Positions 26,430 to 39,760 of a stretch of DNA of 64,000 nt are shown here, in pieces. This stretch comes from Octopus vulgaris. Lineage: Eukaryota. Position numbers and translations under genes: made by a program. The stretch's first letter is position 1, and every line of letters starts with the position of its first letter. Location: positions 20,770,001 through 20,834,000 of the forward strand of contig OX597824.1 of assembly GCA_951406725.2 (NCBI GenBank). The letters run 5' to 3'. The notes below the pieces were generated by a model. That model was not told the origin of the DNA. It worked only from the letters and a program-made list of their open reading frames with translations, and did not search any database.

Positions 26430-27117
26430 ATTAGCTTTGTGCTAATATTTAAAATAGCTTCTTTCAGCTCTTTCCATTCTGAGTTCAAATTCTGCCAAGG
26501 TTGACTTTGCCTGTCATCCTTTCAGGGTCGATAAATTAAGTACCAGTCGCACACTAGGGTCGATGTAATCGACTTACACCTTTCCTTGAAATTGCTGGCC
26601 TTGTGCCAAAATTTGAAAGTGTTTTTATTATTATTAAGGTAGCAAGCTGGCTGGATTATTAGTATGATGGACAAAATGCTGAACAGTGTTTCACCTGTCT
26701 ATGTTCTGAGTTCATGCTTTGCTAAGGTCAGCTTTGCCTTCCATCCTTTTGGGGGTCAATGTGATCAGCTAACCCCTTCTCCCTAAAATTGATGGCCTTG
26801 AAACAAATGTGAAAAGGCAACAAACTGGCAGAATTGTTAACAGCATTTCGTCCGTCTTTACCTTGAGTTCAAATTCTGCTGAGGTCAACTTTGTCTTTCA
26901 TCTTTTCAGGGTCAATAAAATAAATACCAGTTGAATACTGGGGTTGATGTTATCAACTTGCTCCTTCCCCACAAATTGCTGGCTTTGTGCCAAAATTTGA
27001 AATCATTGTTGTTGTTATATAAATGAGAAAGAGACTGAGGCTGGGTTATACATAACATAGAAACAGCTTGTAAAATTGTATTTACTGTGGTTTGCCCAGG
27101 GCATTTATCATTATACC

Positions 27118-27542
27118 TATTTCTTTACTACCCACAAGGGGCTAAACACAGAGAGGACAAACAAGGACAGACGAATGAATTAAGTCGATCATATCGACCT
27201 CAGTGCATAACTGGTACTTATTTAATCGACCCCGAAAGTTGACCTCGGCGAAATTTGAACTCAGAACGTAGCAGCAGACAAAAAACCTATTTCTTTACTA
27301 CCCACAAGGGGCTAAACACAGAGAGGACAAACAAGGACAGACAAATGAATTAAGTCGATTATATCGACCCCAGTGCATAACTGGTACTTATTTAATCGAC
27401 CCCGAAAGTTGACCTCGGAGAAATTTGAGGATGAAAGGCAAAGTCGATCATGGCAGAATTTGAACTCAGAACGTAGCGGCAGACGAAACACTGATAAGCT
27501 TTTCGCCCGGCGTACTAACGTATCTGCCAGCTCGCCGCCTTA
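27118..27542 (-). mobile_element. SINE family B tandem insertion with 20-bp TSD
   Basis: TSD agggcatttatcattatacc at 27098-27117 and 27543-27562. Confidence 0.85.
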
Positions 27543-28174
27543 AGGGCATTTATCATTATACCACCAGCGTATGATAATGGTAACAACAGGAACCGGGAGG
27601 AAATACATAGCAATTGATGTTGTACTAATCTATTTAATGGACTTTGGTATCTCTGAAAAAAGTTACTGGATATAACTTTTGAGTTCATCCTTTGTACTCC
27701 CTTGCTGTTCCTGCCACCAAATCCTCATCTAAATCATTTCTTCTTGCTCTAAGATACTTAGTAGTCACTCCGCTTATCTGTTGCTTAATATCTGTACCTT
27801 AATCAATATAGCAATTTTCTGAACCAATCAGAATGCAGGATTGTCCTCACATTTATTCTGCTGTGGCAGTTTCCTTTAGGAAGGGAGGAGGTTGTTGTTT
27901 CTTTTTTTCTTCTTTCTTCCTTCTCAATCTGATATGTCTTAGATTTCCTGTTATCTCTGAATGTTTTAGCATCTACCTCAGGCAGAAACTTATTCCCATA
28001 TTCTCACAAGATTAAGATCATTTTGCATTTCTTGTTTTTTGTTTTTTGTTTTTATTTATTTCTAACACTTTATTATTATTTTCTTATTATTTATATTTTA
28101 ACCGTTTATTTTTGTCTGATGAGATAAAATTAGACTTGAGTATATTTTAGATTCATGTCTATCTACATACATAC

Positions 28175-28231
<57 letters not shown>

Positions 28232-28556
28232 TAAATATATGTATATGTACACACATACATGTATATATATACACACACACATATACATGGGTGCATATAT
28301 AGATAGATACATGCATATATACATACACTCATATATATATTTATAAGTACACACATACAAGCATATATACATATCTACATATATCTATACACACACACAC
28401 ACACACACATATATATATTAATACACATACATATATGTATGTATTTGTGTTTTTTGTCGTTATTTATAATTGGTTTATCTGTGTTTTACTGTTTTTAGCC
28501 GATTTTCTTTACCCACACCTCTTTTTTTATCTTTCTAGTTCTTCCAGCGAGATGGG

Positions 28557-30005
28557 ATGATATCAGCACGAATAAATTACCAAAACCTGTTTTTGGGTCT
28601 CCTCTCGATATCTCTGGTGATATTACTCAGCTTCACTGTTCGCATGCAACCAAGCCATGTGATATTTTCATCAAGTAGGAATATCAACGAAGCAAGCCAC
28701 ATGGGACTAGAACATTCAGAGTACACTGGATTTTTGGTGGAAACAGATAACTGTCGAATTCCCAACCTTGACCCTTTTGAGCCTTCAGTTAGTTCTTACA
28801 TAAAGCTGAATGGAGTCTTGCGGTGTCCAGACAAACCAGTTTTGACCTACCAGGAGGATAATTTCATTAGAATTAACAGAACGGCTATACAGCATTACAA
28901 CCTAAGGGATTTCAAGAAATGCAAGTATCAAGCGATTGTCCGACCAAAAGATAAATCGGACTTTAAGTTTGAATATGTACAAACTGGAATATGGTTTAGC
29001 AGTGATACAAGGAGTAAGCATGAGTTTGTCCGAGTCATGTGCTACAGCGAAAGTGGTGGGCTGATGTACAGCAATTTCCACTCTTTTATCATCCGAGACC
29101 AAAACTTAGTGAAACGAAGAACCAAATATTTTCGTAAGTACCAAAAGAGAAATCCTAACGTTAAAGAAAAATTCAATGTCTTAATGATTGGAGTGGATTC
29201 CGTCTCTAGACTCAATTTCATTCGACAAATGAAGAATACTCGTAAGTATATATTAGAGAGGCTCGGCGCTTATGAATTGGCTGGTTACAATAAAGTAGCT
29301 GACAATACATTTGTGAACGTTGTTCCATTGACCACTGGTCGATATGTCAAAGAACTCCCTTGGACTGAGAAACTCTCTCATAAGCCTTTTGATAATTACT
29401 CCTTTATCTGGAGGAATTTCTCTGACAGTGGTTACATGACACTCTATGCAGAAGATGCTCCGACGATCTCCATATTCAATTACTTAAAAGCCGGATTTCA
29501 CCAACCTCCATGTGACCATTACAATCGGCCAATTTTTCTGGCCTTACAGCGAAGTAAAAATCTCTGGACCAATAAACACTGTGTTTTGGATCGCTTGGAG
29601 ACGGATTTTGTTTTACGCTACGTTTATGATTTTGCCAAGACATATCGTGATAAACCCCACTTTGGTTTCGCATTTATAACCGGTCTCACACATGCGAATA
29701 TTAACGATGTTGGCTATGCTGATGAACCCTATTTCCAGTTCTTCAAAACGATGTTTGAGGAAGGATATCTCAACAACACAGTTGTCTTCTTCTACAGTGA
29801 TCATGGATCGAGGTTTGGCAAGTTCCGTACGACGTATCTTGGTAAACTGGAAGAACGACTGCCTTTTATGTTTCTGATATTTCCACCCTGGTTCCGTAAG
29901 CGTTACCCTAACCTGGACAGAGTTTTAAGAACCAATGCAAATCGCCTGACCACGCCTTTTGATATATATGAAACACTTGTAGATATTTTATATTTTGATG
30001 GCCAG
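28557..30005 (+). CDS. DUF229-family (alkaline phosphatase/sulfatase-like superfamily) type II membrane protein, large coding exon (483 codons)
   Basis: N-terminal hydrophobic anchor LFLGLLSISLVILLSF. Family-like motifs NVLMIGVDSVSRLNFIRQM, GYNKVADNTF, YAED, FYSDHGSRFG, LEERLP, RLTTPFDIYETL. Ends at phase-0 donor CAG|gtaag (30005/30006). Preceded by a polypyrimidine tract with AG at 28538 and 28547. Confidence 0.92.
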
Positions 30006-30053
30006 GTAAGAACTTTGTTAGATCACCTTGAATATTAACACACCTGACTTAGA

Positions 30054-30252
30054 TACTCTTTTATTCTTTTTACTCTTTTGCTTGTTTCAGTCATTTGAGA
30101 AAATCAACCCCAGGACTTATTCTTTGTAAGCCTAGTACTTATTCTATCGGTCTCTTTTGCCGAACCGTTAAGTTACGGGGACGTGAACACACCAGCATTG
30201 GTTGTCAAGCGATGTTGGGGGGACAAACACAGATACACAAACACATATACAC

Positions 30253-30303
<51 letters not shown>

Positions 30304-30466
30304 CGATGGGCTTCTTTCAGTTTCTGTCTACTAAATCCACTCACAAGGCTTTGGTTGGCCTGAGGCTATAGTAGAAGACACTTACCCAAGGTGCCAGGCA
30401 GTGGGACTGAACCCGGAACCATGTGGTTGGTAAGCAAACTACTTACCACACAGCCATTCCTATGCC
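30054..30466 (-). mobile_element. SINE family A copy (intron)
   Basis: Match to 43602-44004. Further copies at 23341-23718, 31412-31856, 41498-41893, 42551-42948 and 54630-55045. Confidence 0.85.
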
Positions 30467-32225
30467 TATGCACAGCCACATTGATATCATTTCCATAACC
30501 ATTTGTGTGTGTGTGTGTGTGTGTGAGCTTTTGAGTGAATGTGTAAAAGATGTGTGTGTGCATGCATGTGTACAAGAATGTATGTACATATCTGTGTATG
30601 AATGTGTGAAGCATTTTATGTTACAAGAATTGTTCATTAACTGATTTGTTCATGATGGGAACTGTTCATAAACTGTGTATATACAAATCCACTGTATATA
30701 TACAAATCCAAATTCAAGAAATTTACCTCAGTCTAAAATCTTGTCTAACACCTCTTTGTAATTATCTATTTTTTCTTAAAGGATTTTAAGTTAATATTTA
30801 CAAAATTTCGATATTTTTTCTTCATCCTATTCTTCTAAATGAATACTTTTGAGTCAGCTGATGCATGGGAATTAACAGAAATGGTAAAGCATTCAGACTA
30901 GATATTTTACCGTTTTCATTTTTTCGTGAATGTTAAACCCAGTGATTTAGAAGAGCCAAGAATTCCTTTATTGTCATTTTGCTGTGGCATCATATTCTAT
31001 GAATTGAAATTTGCTTTGGTTGGGCGCAAGGATTCGCTACATCAGCTGAACAAAGAGAACGTTTCCTTTTAGTTGTGCATCTGTGCACGTGTGCATGTTC
31101 CCGCTGCACAATCACTGCACAAAGGAAATTTAACCGAGCACAATGGCTTCAAATATTTTGTTTGAAATAAAATTTGTGATTCTCAGACTCGTGACGTTAA
31201 ATAGCCAAATTTAGCACAATGTTAACGGTACAACACTTCAAAAGGCTACAAATAGGCTGAAAATTTATGGCCTATGAAATTCCTTCTGAATAGGTGTGAG
31301 CCAAAAGGGCAACCCCTGCATGGTTGCTCAATGACCTGCCAGAAATAGCAGTCATGTTTCCCTTCAATCTTACCCTACTTTCTTAAAAGAGATCACATCT
31401 AATACTATGTGCTTTTACTCTTACACTTGTTTCAGTCATGTGGCTGTGGCCATGCTGGAACACCGCCTTTAGTCGAGCAAATTGACCCCAGGACTTATTC
31501 TTTGGAAGCCTAGTACTTATTCCATCGGTCTCTTTTTTGCCGAACCGCTAAGTTACGGGGACGTAAGCACACCAGCATCGGTTGTCAAGCGATATTGGGG
31601 GACAAACACAGACACACAAACATATACACACACATACATATATAAATGTATGTATGTGTATATATATATATATATATATATACATATATACAACGGGCTT
31701 CATTTTCAGTTTCCGTCTACCAAATCCACTCACAAGGCTTTGGTCGGCCCGAGGCTATAGTAGAAGACACTTGCCCAAGGTGCTATGCAGTGGGACTGAA
31801 CCCGGAACTAGGTGGTTCGTAAGCAAGCTACTTACCACACAGCCACTCCTACGCCTATGTTGAATAATGTAGTATTATTGTTGCCCTATTCCAAAAATGC
31901 ATCCTCCCACCTCAAATATAATAGAACAGGTTGGTCATGGACAGAAGGCTTTTCATCATTGACCTGCTCAGTCAAGGCCAACATGAAGTAAAACAACGAC
32001 AATAAAACCACACATTTTAGGTCCTATATTCAATTAAGAATATAATTTCTAGATATAGATTTCGTTGTGGGATAAGAAAATTGCTTCTCAACCACATGAT
32101 AAGAAGTTTGCATACATAAATACATGCATACATACATACATGCATACATCATACATACATACATACATACATACATACATACATACATACATACATGTAT
32201 GCATACATACTCACACACACACATA

Positions 32226-32265
<40 letters not shown>

Positions 32266-32920
32266 CACAAATGCATACATATACATACATACATACAAAC
32301 ATACATACATACATACATACATACATACATACATACATACATACAATCTTGGACTCAGTCCCCCTGCATGACATTTGGTGCTGATGCCTTCAATTATAGC
32401 CCCAGGCTAATCAAAGCCTTGTGAGCAGGTTTAGTTGATGGAAACTGAAAGAAGCCTATTATGTGTGTGTGTTTGTTGTGTTTATGTTGTTTGTTCGCAC
32501 CACTGCTTGACATCTGGTGTTGCTTTGTTTACACCTCTGCAACATATCGGTTTGGTAAAAGAGATTTTTGGGAACAAGTACCAAGCTTAAAAATAAATTC
32601 TGGTGTCTGATTGTTTGATGAAACCCTCCAAAGCAATGCCCCAGCATGACCATGATCCAATGACTGAAACAAGTAAAAGACAGAAGATAGTAACCTAATC
32701 TTTGGAAATGAAGATTTCTGAATTTTCATTTATTCTGCCATTCTTTTAAGCTTCATCTCCAATCTTCATAATTTTTTTTTTTTATTCTCAGATATATATA
32801 AATATGTATATATATATGTATGTATGTATACACAGTCTTTGACAAGATTTGAACCATCAACCTTAATTTCTTAATCAAGAGTAATAATGCTCTTATTCAC
32901 TAGGTCATTCACTCACATCT

Positions 32921-33401
32921 TTAACCCTTTTGTTACCAACCTGGCTGAAACCGGCTCTGGCTCTGAGTACAAATGTCTTGTTTTCGTAAATTTTGAATTA
33001 AAATCTTCCACCAAACCTTAGTCACAATTTATGATTCTAACACCAGCTGAATGATAACTAAGTTATTTTACTAAATTCTTTGTTATATTTAAAGTAATTG
33101 AAAGAAACACAGAGCATTTCAACAGAAATGTGGTAACAAAAGGGTTAAAATATATAATAGAGAAATAATTCTTAACCTTTTTGATACCAACCCAGCTGAA
33201 ATCATTTCTGGCTCTGTAGTACAAATGTCTTGTTTCCAAAAGTTCTGAATTAAAATCTTCCACCAAACCTTAGTCACAACTTATGTTCCTAACACTAGCT
33301 TAATGGTAACTAAGTTATTTTACTAAATTTTTTGTTATATTCAAAATTAATTGAAAGAAACACAGAGCATATCAACAGAAATACAGTAACAAAAGGGTTA
33401 A
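32921..33401 (+). mobile_element. Second copy of the piggyBac-like MITE dimer (intron)
   Basis: Same two units and same spacer as 4826-5305. A monomer lies at 38415-38650 on the minus strand. Confidence 0.8.
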
Positions 33402-33481
33402 ACTTGTCTTTGGTTTTTAAAAATTCAAAATTGTTTTTTTTTTCTAATTTTATTATTTGTATCCTTATTACATTTTTCCAG

Positions 33482-33793
33482 GTACGAAAGGCTTCAGTGA
33501 AACAGAGAGGCATCAGCATATTCCGAGAAGTGCCTAAATCCCGTTCTTGTACAGATGCAAGCATCGCACCCCACTGGTGCACGTGCCTTCAACAGGTGTC
33601 CGTCAATGTGACTGACAAAGTGGTCCAAAATATAGCACAGAGCCTCGTGGACAAGATTAACAGGTTAACGCTACCTTTCAGGGACAGGTGTGCCTTGTTA
33701 CAAGTCCAAGCCATTTCTGATGCTAACAAACAACTGCCGACTGATAAAATCTTGCGATTCCAGAAGAGTTTGAATGACGTGCTTAATCAGAAA
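33482..33793 (+). CDS. DUF229-family protein, internal coding exon (104 codons)
   Basis: Acceptor ttttccag|GTA and donor AAA|gtatgt, phase 0/0. Encodes RGISIFREVPKSRSCTDASIAPHWCTC, matching the family's RSC..A.I..HWC.C motif. Confidence 0.9.
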
Positions 33794-34452
33794 GTATGTG
33801 GATTTTCATGTTAGCTCGAGATATTTACATGTTTTTGGTAATGGGAGTTGATGGCAGGGGAGGGGGTATTAAGGTTGGTTTATTTTTTCCTTGTTTTTTT
33901 TTTTTTTTTTTTGGGGTGAAATTTTCATGTGTGGGAAATGCTAGTATATAAATTTATGAGACCATGTGTATGTGCGTATGTGCGTACACACACAAGGACA
34001 TGCACTTCACACCTCCACTGCTACATACACATTATCATCATCATCATCATCATTTATTGTCTGTTGTCTATGCTGGCATGGGTTGGATGGTTTGACCAGA
34101 GCTGGCAAGCTGTGGTGCTCCACCAGACTTCAGCCTGATTTGATATGGTTTCCATGGCTGGACGTTCTTCCTAATGCCAAATATATATATTCATACAAGT
34201 AGTAGTAGTAGTAGTAGTAGTAGTTGTAGCAACCGTTCAAGAATTTGGATCTGGAGATTTCCATTTCCAGCGACTTCGAGGGCCACCTCGCAGTGGTGAC
34301 GGGCGTCAACGAAGAGCCCTCGACTACAACAAGACGACCAAAGTTTTTTGTTTTTTTCCCATGGTCTGGGGTCTCCCGCCCCTAAGCCCTAGACCATCAC
34401 CTAATCATCCTTACCCATCTTGTTACTTAACAACAACAACAGCAGCGGCAGC

Positions 34453-34502
<50 letters not shown>

Positions 34503-34506
34503 CAGC

Positions 34507-34547
<41 letters not shown>

Positions 34548-35086
34548 CAGCAGCAGCAGCTGTTATTTCCCTTTTCATTTGGAAATGGAATAAATATCAC
34601 AACACATCATTGTCATTTCTTTTTCCATGCTTTCATCTGTTGGATGATTTAATTTGATAGACTGCATGATTTCTTTGGGTGGATACCCTTCCTGAAACCA
34701 TCCACTTCCCAAGTTTGTATTGAGTGCTTTTTTGTGTGTGTGTGTCTCATGCAAGACAAGCCCACTTGACTGAGTCAAAGTGTATTCCAAAGTGGGGTGG
34801 TTGCTTTACCCCAAGGTGCTGGTAAGCTAGACTATAGAGAAGATACGTGGCTACCCTGTATTATATAAGGGTGGATGGGAGTAGCTGGACACAAGATAAA
34901 GATGGTGGTGGCAAGGTTTTCGGAACATACTCTAAAGGTACAAGAAGGTGAGTATAAGAGGAAATACAGACGGTGGATCTCGGGAGAGGTAGAAAGTTGG
35001 GGATTTCATAAGAATGTGGAAGACTTTTGTCAGTCCAGAGCTATAGTAGAAGGCACTTGGCCAAAGTGCCACACAGTGGTATTGAA

Positions 35087-35687
35087 AGGGTTAGGGTTAG
35101 GGTTAGGGTTAGCTTACTGGGCTAAATGCTTTGCAGTATTTTGCCTGCCGCTACGTTCTGAGTTCAAATTCCACCGAGGTCGACTTTGCCTTTCATCCTT
35201 TCGGGGTTGATTAAATAAGTACCAGTTACGCATTGGGGTCGATATAATCGATTTAATCCGTTTGGCTGTCCTTGTTTGTCCCCTCTGTGTTTAGCCCTTC
35301 GTGGGTAGTAAAGAAATAGGTATTTCGTCTGCCGTTACGTTCTGAGTTCAAATTCCACCAAGGTCGACTTTGCCTTTCATCCTTTCGGGGTCGATTAAAT
35401 AAGTACCAGTTATGCATTGGGGTCGATATAATCGATTTAATCCGTTTGTCTGTCCTTGTTTGTCACCTCTGTGTTTAGCCCCTTGTAGGTAGTAAAGAAA
35501 TCGGTATTTCGTCTGCCGTTACGTTCTGAGTTCAAATTCCACCAAGGTCGACTTTGCCTTTCATCCTTTCGGGGTCGATTAAATAAGTACCAGTTACACA
35601 CTGGGGTCAATATAATCGATTTAATCCGTTTGTCTGTCCTTGTTTGTCCCCTCTGTGTTTAGCCCCCTTGTGGGTAGTAAAGAAATA
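35087..35687 (+). mobile_element. (GGGTTA)4 plus SINE family B trimer, inserted into an old SINE A
   Basis: TSD ggtattgaa at 35078-35086 and 35688-35696. Three ~181-bp units. Confidence 0.8.
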
Positions 35688-35823
35688 GGTATTGAACCCA
35701 ACATCATTTTGTTTGGAAGAAAGATTCTTAACCACACAACCATCCCATACCTGTCTTATTAACCTGATATGTTTTTTTATTTATTTATTGTTGTTTTTTT
35801 TTGTTTCCTCTGTCGCTTTTCAG

Positions 35824-36039
35824 GTCTACTATGGTAACCGAGTGAGTGCAATTGTCGACTACCAACTGATGGTGAAAACCAGTCCAGGTGAAGGCCTGTT
35901 TGAGGTGACAGCCCGATTCAATGAACAGGAAGATACGTTTACCTTAATGAACGAGATCAGTCGAGTCAGCAGCTATGGAAACCAGTCGAGTTGCATCAAT
36001 GAATTAGCACTGAAGAAATTCTGTTACTGCGACAGATGA
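35824..36039 (+). CDS. DUF229-family protein, terminal coding exon (71 aa + stop)
   Basis: Acceptor cttttcag|GTC, phase 0. Encodes YQLMVKTSPGEGLFE...SRVSSYGNQSSC...LKKFCYCDR*, the typical DUF229 C-terminus. Spliced total is 658 aa. Confidence 0.9.
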   Translation, partial: VYYGNRVSAIVDYQLMVKTSPGEGLFEVTARFNEQEDTFTLMNEISRVSSYGNQSSCINELALKKFCYCDR

Positions 36040-36262
36040 ATGGTCAAACACTATTTAGCATGTCTCTGTCCCATGTCTGCCTTTGAAGCAATCATGGCCA
36101 CAACATCACTTTAAAACATACTAAAATAATTGGGGTTAGCATTTAAAAGGTTTAGGTTTAGGAACGCAGAGTTTATAGAGAATTCCAATAACGGAAGCAA
36201 TAAGCCAATAGATTCTTTGAATATATTCTGAATGGATTTATTCTATGTATATGTGTGTATGT

Positions 36263-36319
<57 letters not shown>

Positions 36320-36871
36320 GGGTTATATTGATAAATTAGCTGTTAGTTTATAATCATGCAATATAATATTGATGAATTGAAAGATTTTGATTATGTGATA
36401 TTGGTACCTTGATAGCATACATATATATATATAACATACATACTCATATATATATATATATTTATATATAGGTATGTTGGTGCAAACAAGAAAAATAGAG
36501 CTCAAAATATGAGTATATGCATATTTTGGTTATATATGTAGGTATGTATATGCATATATATATGTGTATGTATATGTATATACATGTATGTATATATATA
36601 TGAGTATATGTATAAATATATATGTATATGTAGATATGTATATATGTGTGTATATATATATATATATGTATGTGTATATATATATATGTATGTGTGTGTA
36701 TATATATATATATGTATGTATATGTATATATATTTGTGTGTGTATATATATATGTGTGTGTATATACATACGTGTGAATGTGTGTGTGTATATGTATGTA
36801 TATATATATATGATGATGATGTTTGTATACATACATACGCAAAAATATGTATATACATAAGTGCATAATTA

Positions 36872-37880
36872 TCGACTACCAACTGATGGTGAAAACCAGC
36901 CAGGTGAAGGCCTGTTTGAGGTGACAGCCCGATTCAATGAACAGGAAGATACGTTTGGCTTAATGAACGAGATCAGTCGAGTCAGCAGCTATGGAAACCA
37001 GTCGAGTATTGCATCAATGAATTAGCACTGAAGAAATTCTGTTACTGCGACAGATGAATGGTCAAACACTATTAGCATGTCTCTGTCCCATGTCTGCCTT
37101 TGAAGCAATCATGGCCACAACATCACTTTAAAACATACTAAAATAATTGGGGTTAGCATTTAAAAGGTTTAGGTTTAGGAACGCAGAGTTTATAGAGAAT
37201 TCCAATAACGGAAGCAATAAGCCAATAGATTCTTTGAATATATTCTGAATGGATTTATTCTAAGTATATGTGTGTGTGTATGTATATATATATGTATATA
37301 TATATATATATATATAGGGTGGGTTATATTGATAAATTAGCTGTTAGTTTATAATCATGTAATATAATATTGATGAATTGAAAGATTTTGATTATGTGAT
37401 ATTGGTACCTTGATAGCATACATATATATATATATAACATACATACTCATATATATATATATTTATATATACGTATGTTGGTGCAAACAAGAAAAGTAGA
37501 GCTCAAAATATGAGTATATGCATATTTTGGTTATATATGTAGGTATGTATATGCATATATATATGTGTATGTATATGTATATACATGTATGTATATATAT
37601 ATGAGTATATGTATAAATATATATGTATATGTAGATATGTATATATGTGTGTATATATATATATATATATGTATGTGTATATATATATATATATGTGTGT
37701 GTATATATATATATATGTATGTATATGTATATGTATATATATTTGTGTGTGTATATATATATGTGTGTGTATATACATACGTGTGAATGTGTGTGTGTAT
37801 ATGTATGTATATATATATATGATGATGATGTTTGTATACATACATACGCAAAAATATGTATATACATAAGTGCATAATTA
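36872..37880 (+). pseudogene. Tandem duplicate of most of the DUF229 last exon plus 3' flank, frameshifted and lacking a splice acceptor
   Basis: Near-identical to 35855-36871. Carries a 1-nt deletion (accagccagg vs accagtccagg), a 2-nt insertion (gagtattgc vs gagttgc) and different microsatellite lengths. Confidence 0.85.
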
Positions 37881-38789
37881 TGGCATGATAATAATTACAG
37901 CAGCTGAAAGTTATCAAATTTTGAAGACATGTGATCACTTGGCTTAAAGTTATCAACTATTATGGTATGTGATAATTTGACTGAAAACAATATTTAATCA
38001 ATGACGAATGATAACTCTGCCAAAAGCTTTCAAATCTATGTTATATGATCGACTGTTGGAAAGTTTAAAGATCCACATCCTATGATATATTGACCGGACA
38101 CTGTTAAGTCTTAACGATATTGATAACTTAGCCAAAAGTCAAAATTCTGGCAAACTTAGCATCAAGGAATATATTTTAAAAATTAGAAACCTTATTCTTT
38201 TTTTTTTTTTTTTTAATACCAATAGATCTTGACCTCTGACCTGGAATCCTATTGGCTAGAGTTGAGTAGCATTATTTACAATCTGTGTTAAAATGTAATA
38301 GATGATGTATGAGGGATAAACAAAGCTATGAAGTAAATAAGTATTGGGTAAACTCAGGAATTTAAGAGATTGCTATAAAATTTCAAAGATACAAGCAGCA
38401 TTAGGGAAAAGCGTTTAACCCTTTCGTTACTGTATTTATTTTGAGATTCTCTGTGTTTCTTTCAATTACTTTAAATGATGATGATAACAAAGAATTTAGT
38501 AAAATAACTTAGTTCTTATTAAGCTAGTGTTAGGAACATAAATTGTGACTAAGGTTTGGTGGAAGATTTTAATTCAAAACTTATGAAAACAAGACATTTG
38601 TAATCAGAGCCAGAACCGGTTTCAGCCAGGTTGGTAATGAAAGGGTTAATTCTTTGTGGGAAGTGGTGGGAGGTATTGCGACAGGGGAAGGGGTGGGGTT
38701 TTTTTTTTGTTTTGGGGTTGTTTTTTTTTACTCCAAGTGTTTCATCTGAAACGTATATAATTGGTCTCAATCATTCCAAAATAGCAGTG

Positions 38790-39760
38790 TGACTGATAAC
38801 AGTGACACAGTTGTAACACAGAAATATAATATAAATACGACTTTAATATCGAAATGCAATTGTAATTAAAAATGAAAAATACACCAGTAACACAACAAAA
38901 GAACAATTGTTGCACCTGAATGCAACAGTGTGATACGAACATTACCACAAGTGTAACAGGAATAGCTAAAGTAACACAAATGCAAGACGCAAACACAACT
39001 GTAAAACTTTTGTAACACTAGAATACAATAGCAACACAAAATGCCAACACAGCTGTGAAACAGTAACACAAGTGTGACACGTATACAACAGTAGGACAGG
39101 TGTGATAAATATATAACAGTGACATAAGTCTGACACGGATATATCACAGTAACACAACTGTGCACAGATATACACCAGTAACATGGCTGTGATGCAGACA
39201 CAGCAATGGCACAGACATACAATAGTAACACAACTGTGACATAGGTATACCTCTGTAACACAGTTATGACAATCAAGCAGTAACATGCAGCTGTGATGCA
39301 TATACAGCGATGCCACAACTGTAACACAAGTGTGTAACAGTTTTCATATGTGTGACAGATATGCAACAGTGACACAACTACGATACAGATATGTAACAGT
39401 AGCACACTGCTGTGACACATATACAACAGTAACACAGCTGTGATGCAGACACAGCAATGACACAGACATACAATAGTAACACAACTGTGACACAGGTATA
39501 CCTCTGTAACACAGTTACAACACATACAGTGGTAATGTGCAGCTGTGATGCATATACAGCGATACCACAACTGTAACACAAGTGTGTAACAGTTTTCACA
39601 TGTGTGACAGATATGCAACAGTAACACAACTACAACACAGATATGTAACAGTAACACACTGCTGTGATACATATACAACAGTAACACAGCTGTGATGCAT
39701 ACACAACAGTAACATAAGTGTAACACAGATATACAACAGTAACACAACTGTAATACACTG
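38790..39760. repeat. Degenerate gtaacaca/ctgtgaca minisatellite with a ~251-bp higher-order duplication
   Basis: gctgtgatgca units start at 39186, 39437 and 39689. Confidence 0.75.

Noticed and set aside
30006-30038. ORF-track C-terminus VRTLLDHLEY*
   Set aside because: Read-through into the intron past a strong CAG|gtaag donor. The conserved C-terminus is in the downstream exons.
38866-39747. 293-aa Cys-rich ORF
   Set aside because: Translation of a minisatellite strand with no domain pattern.
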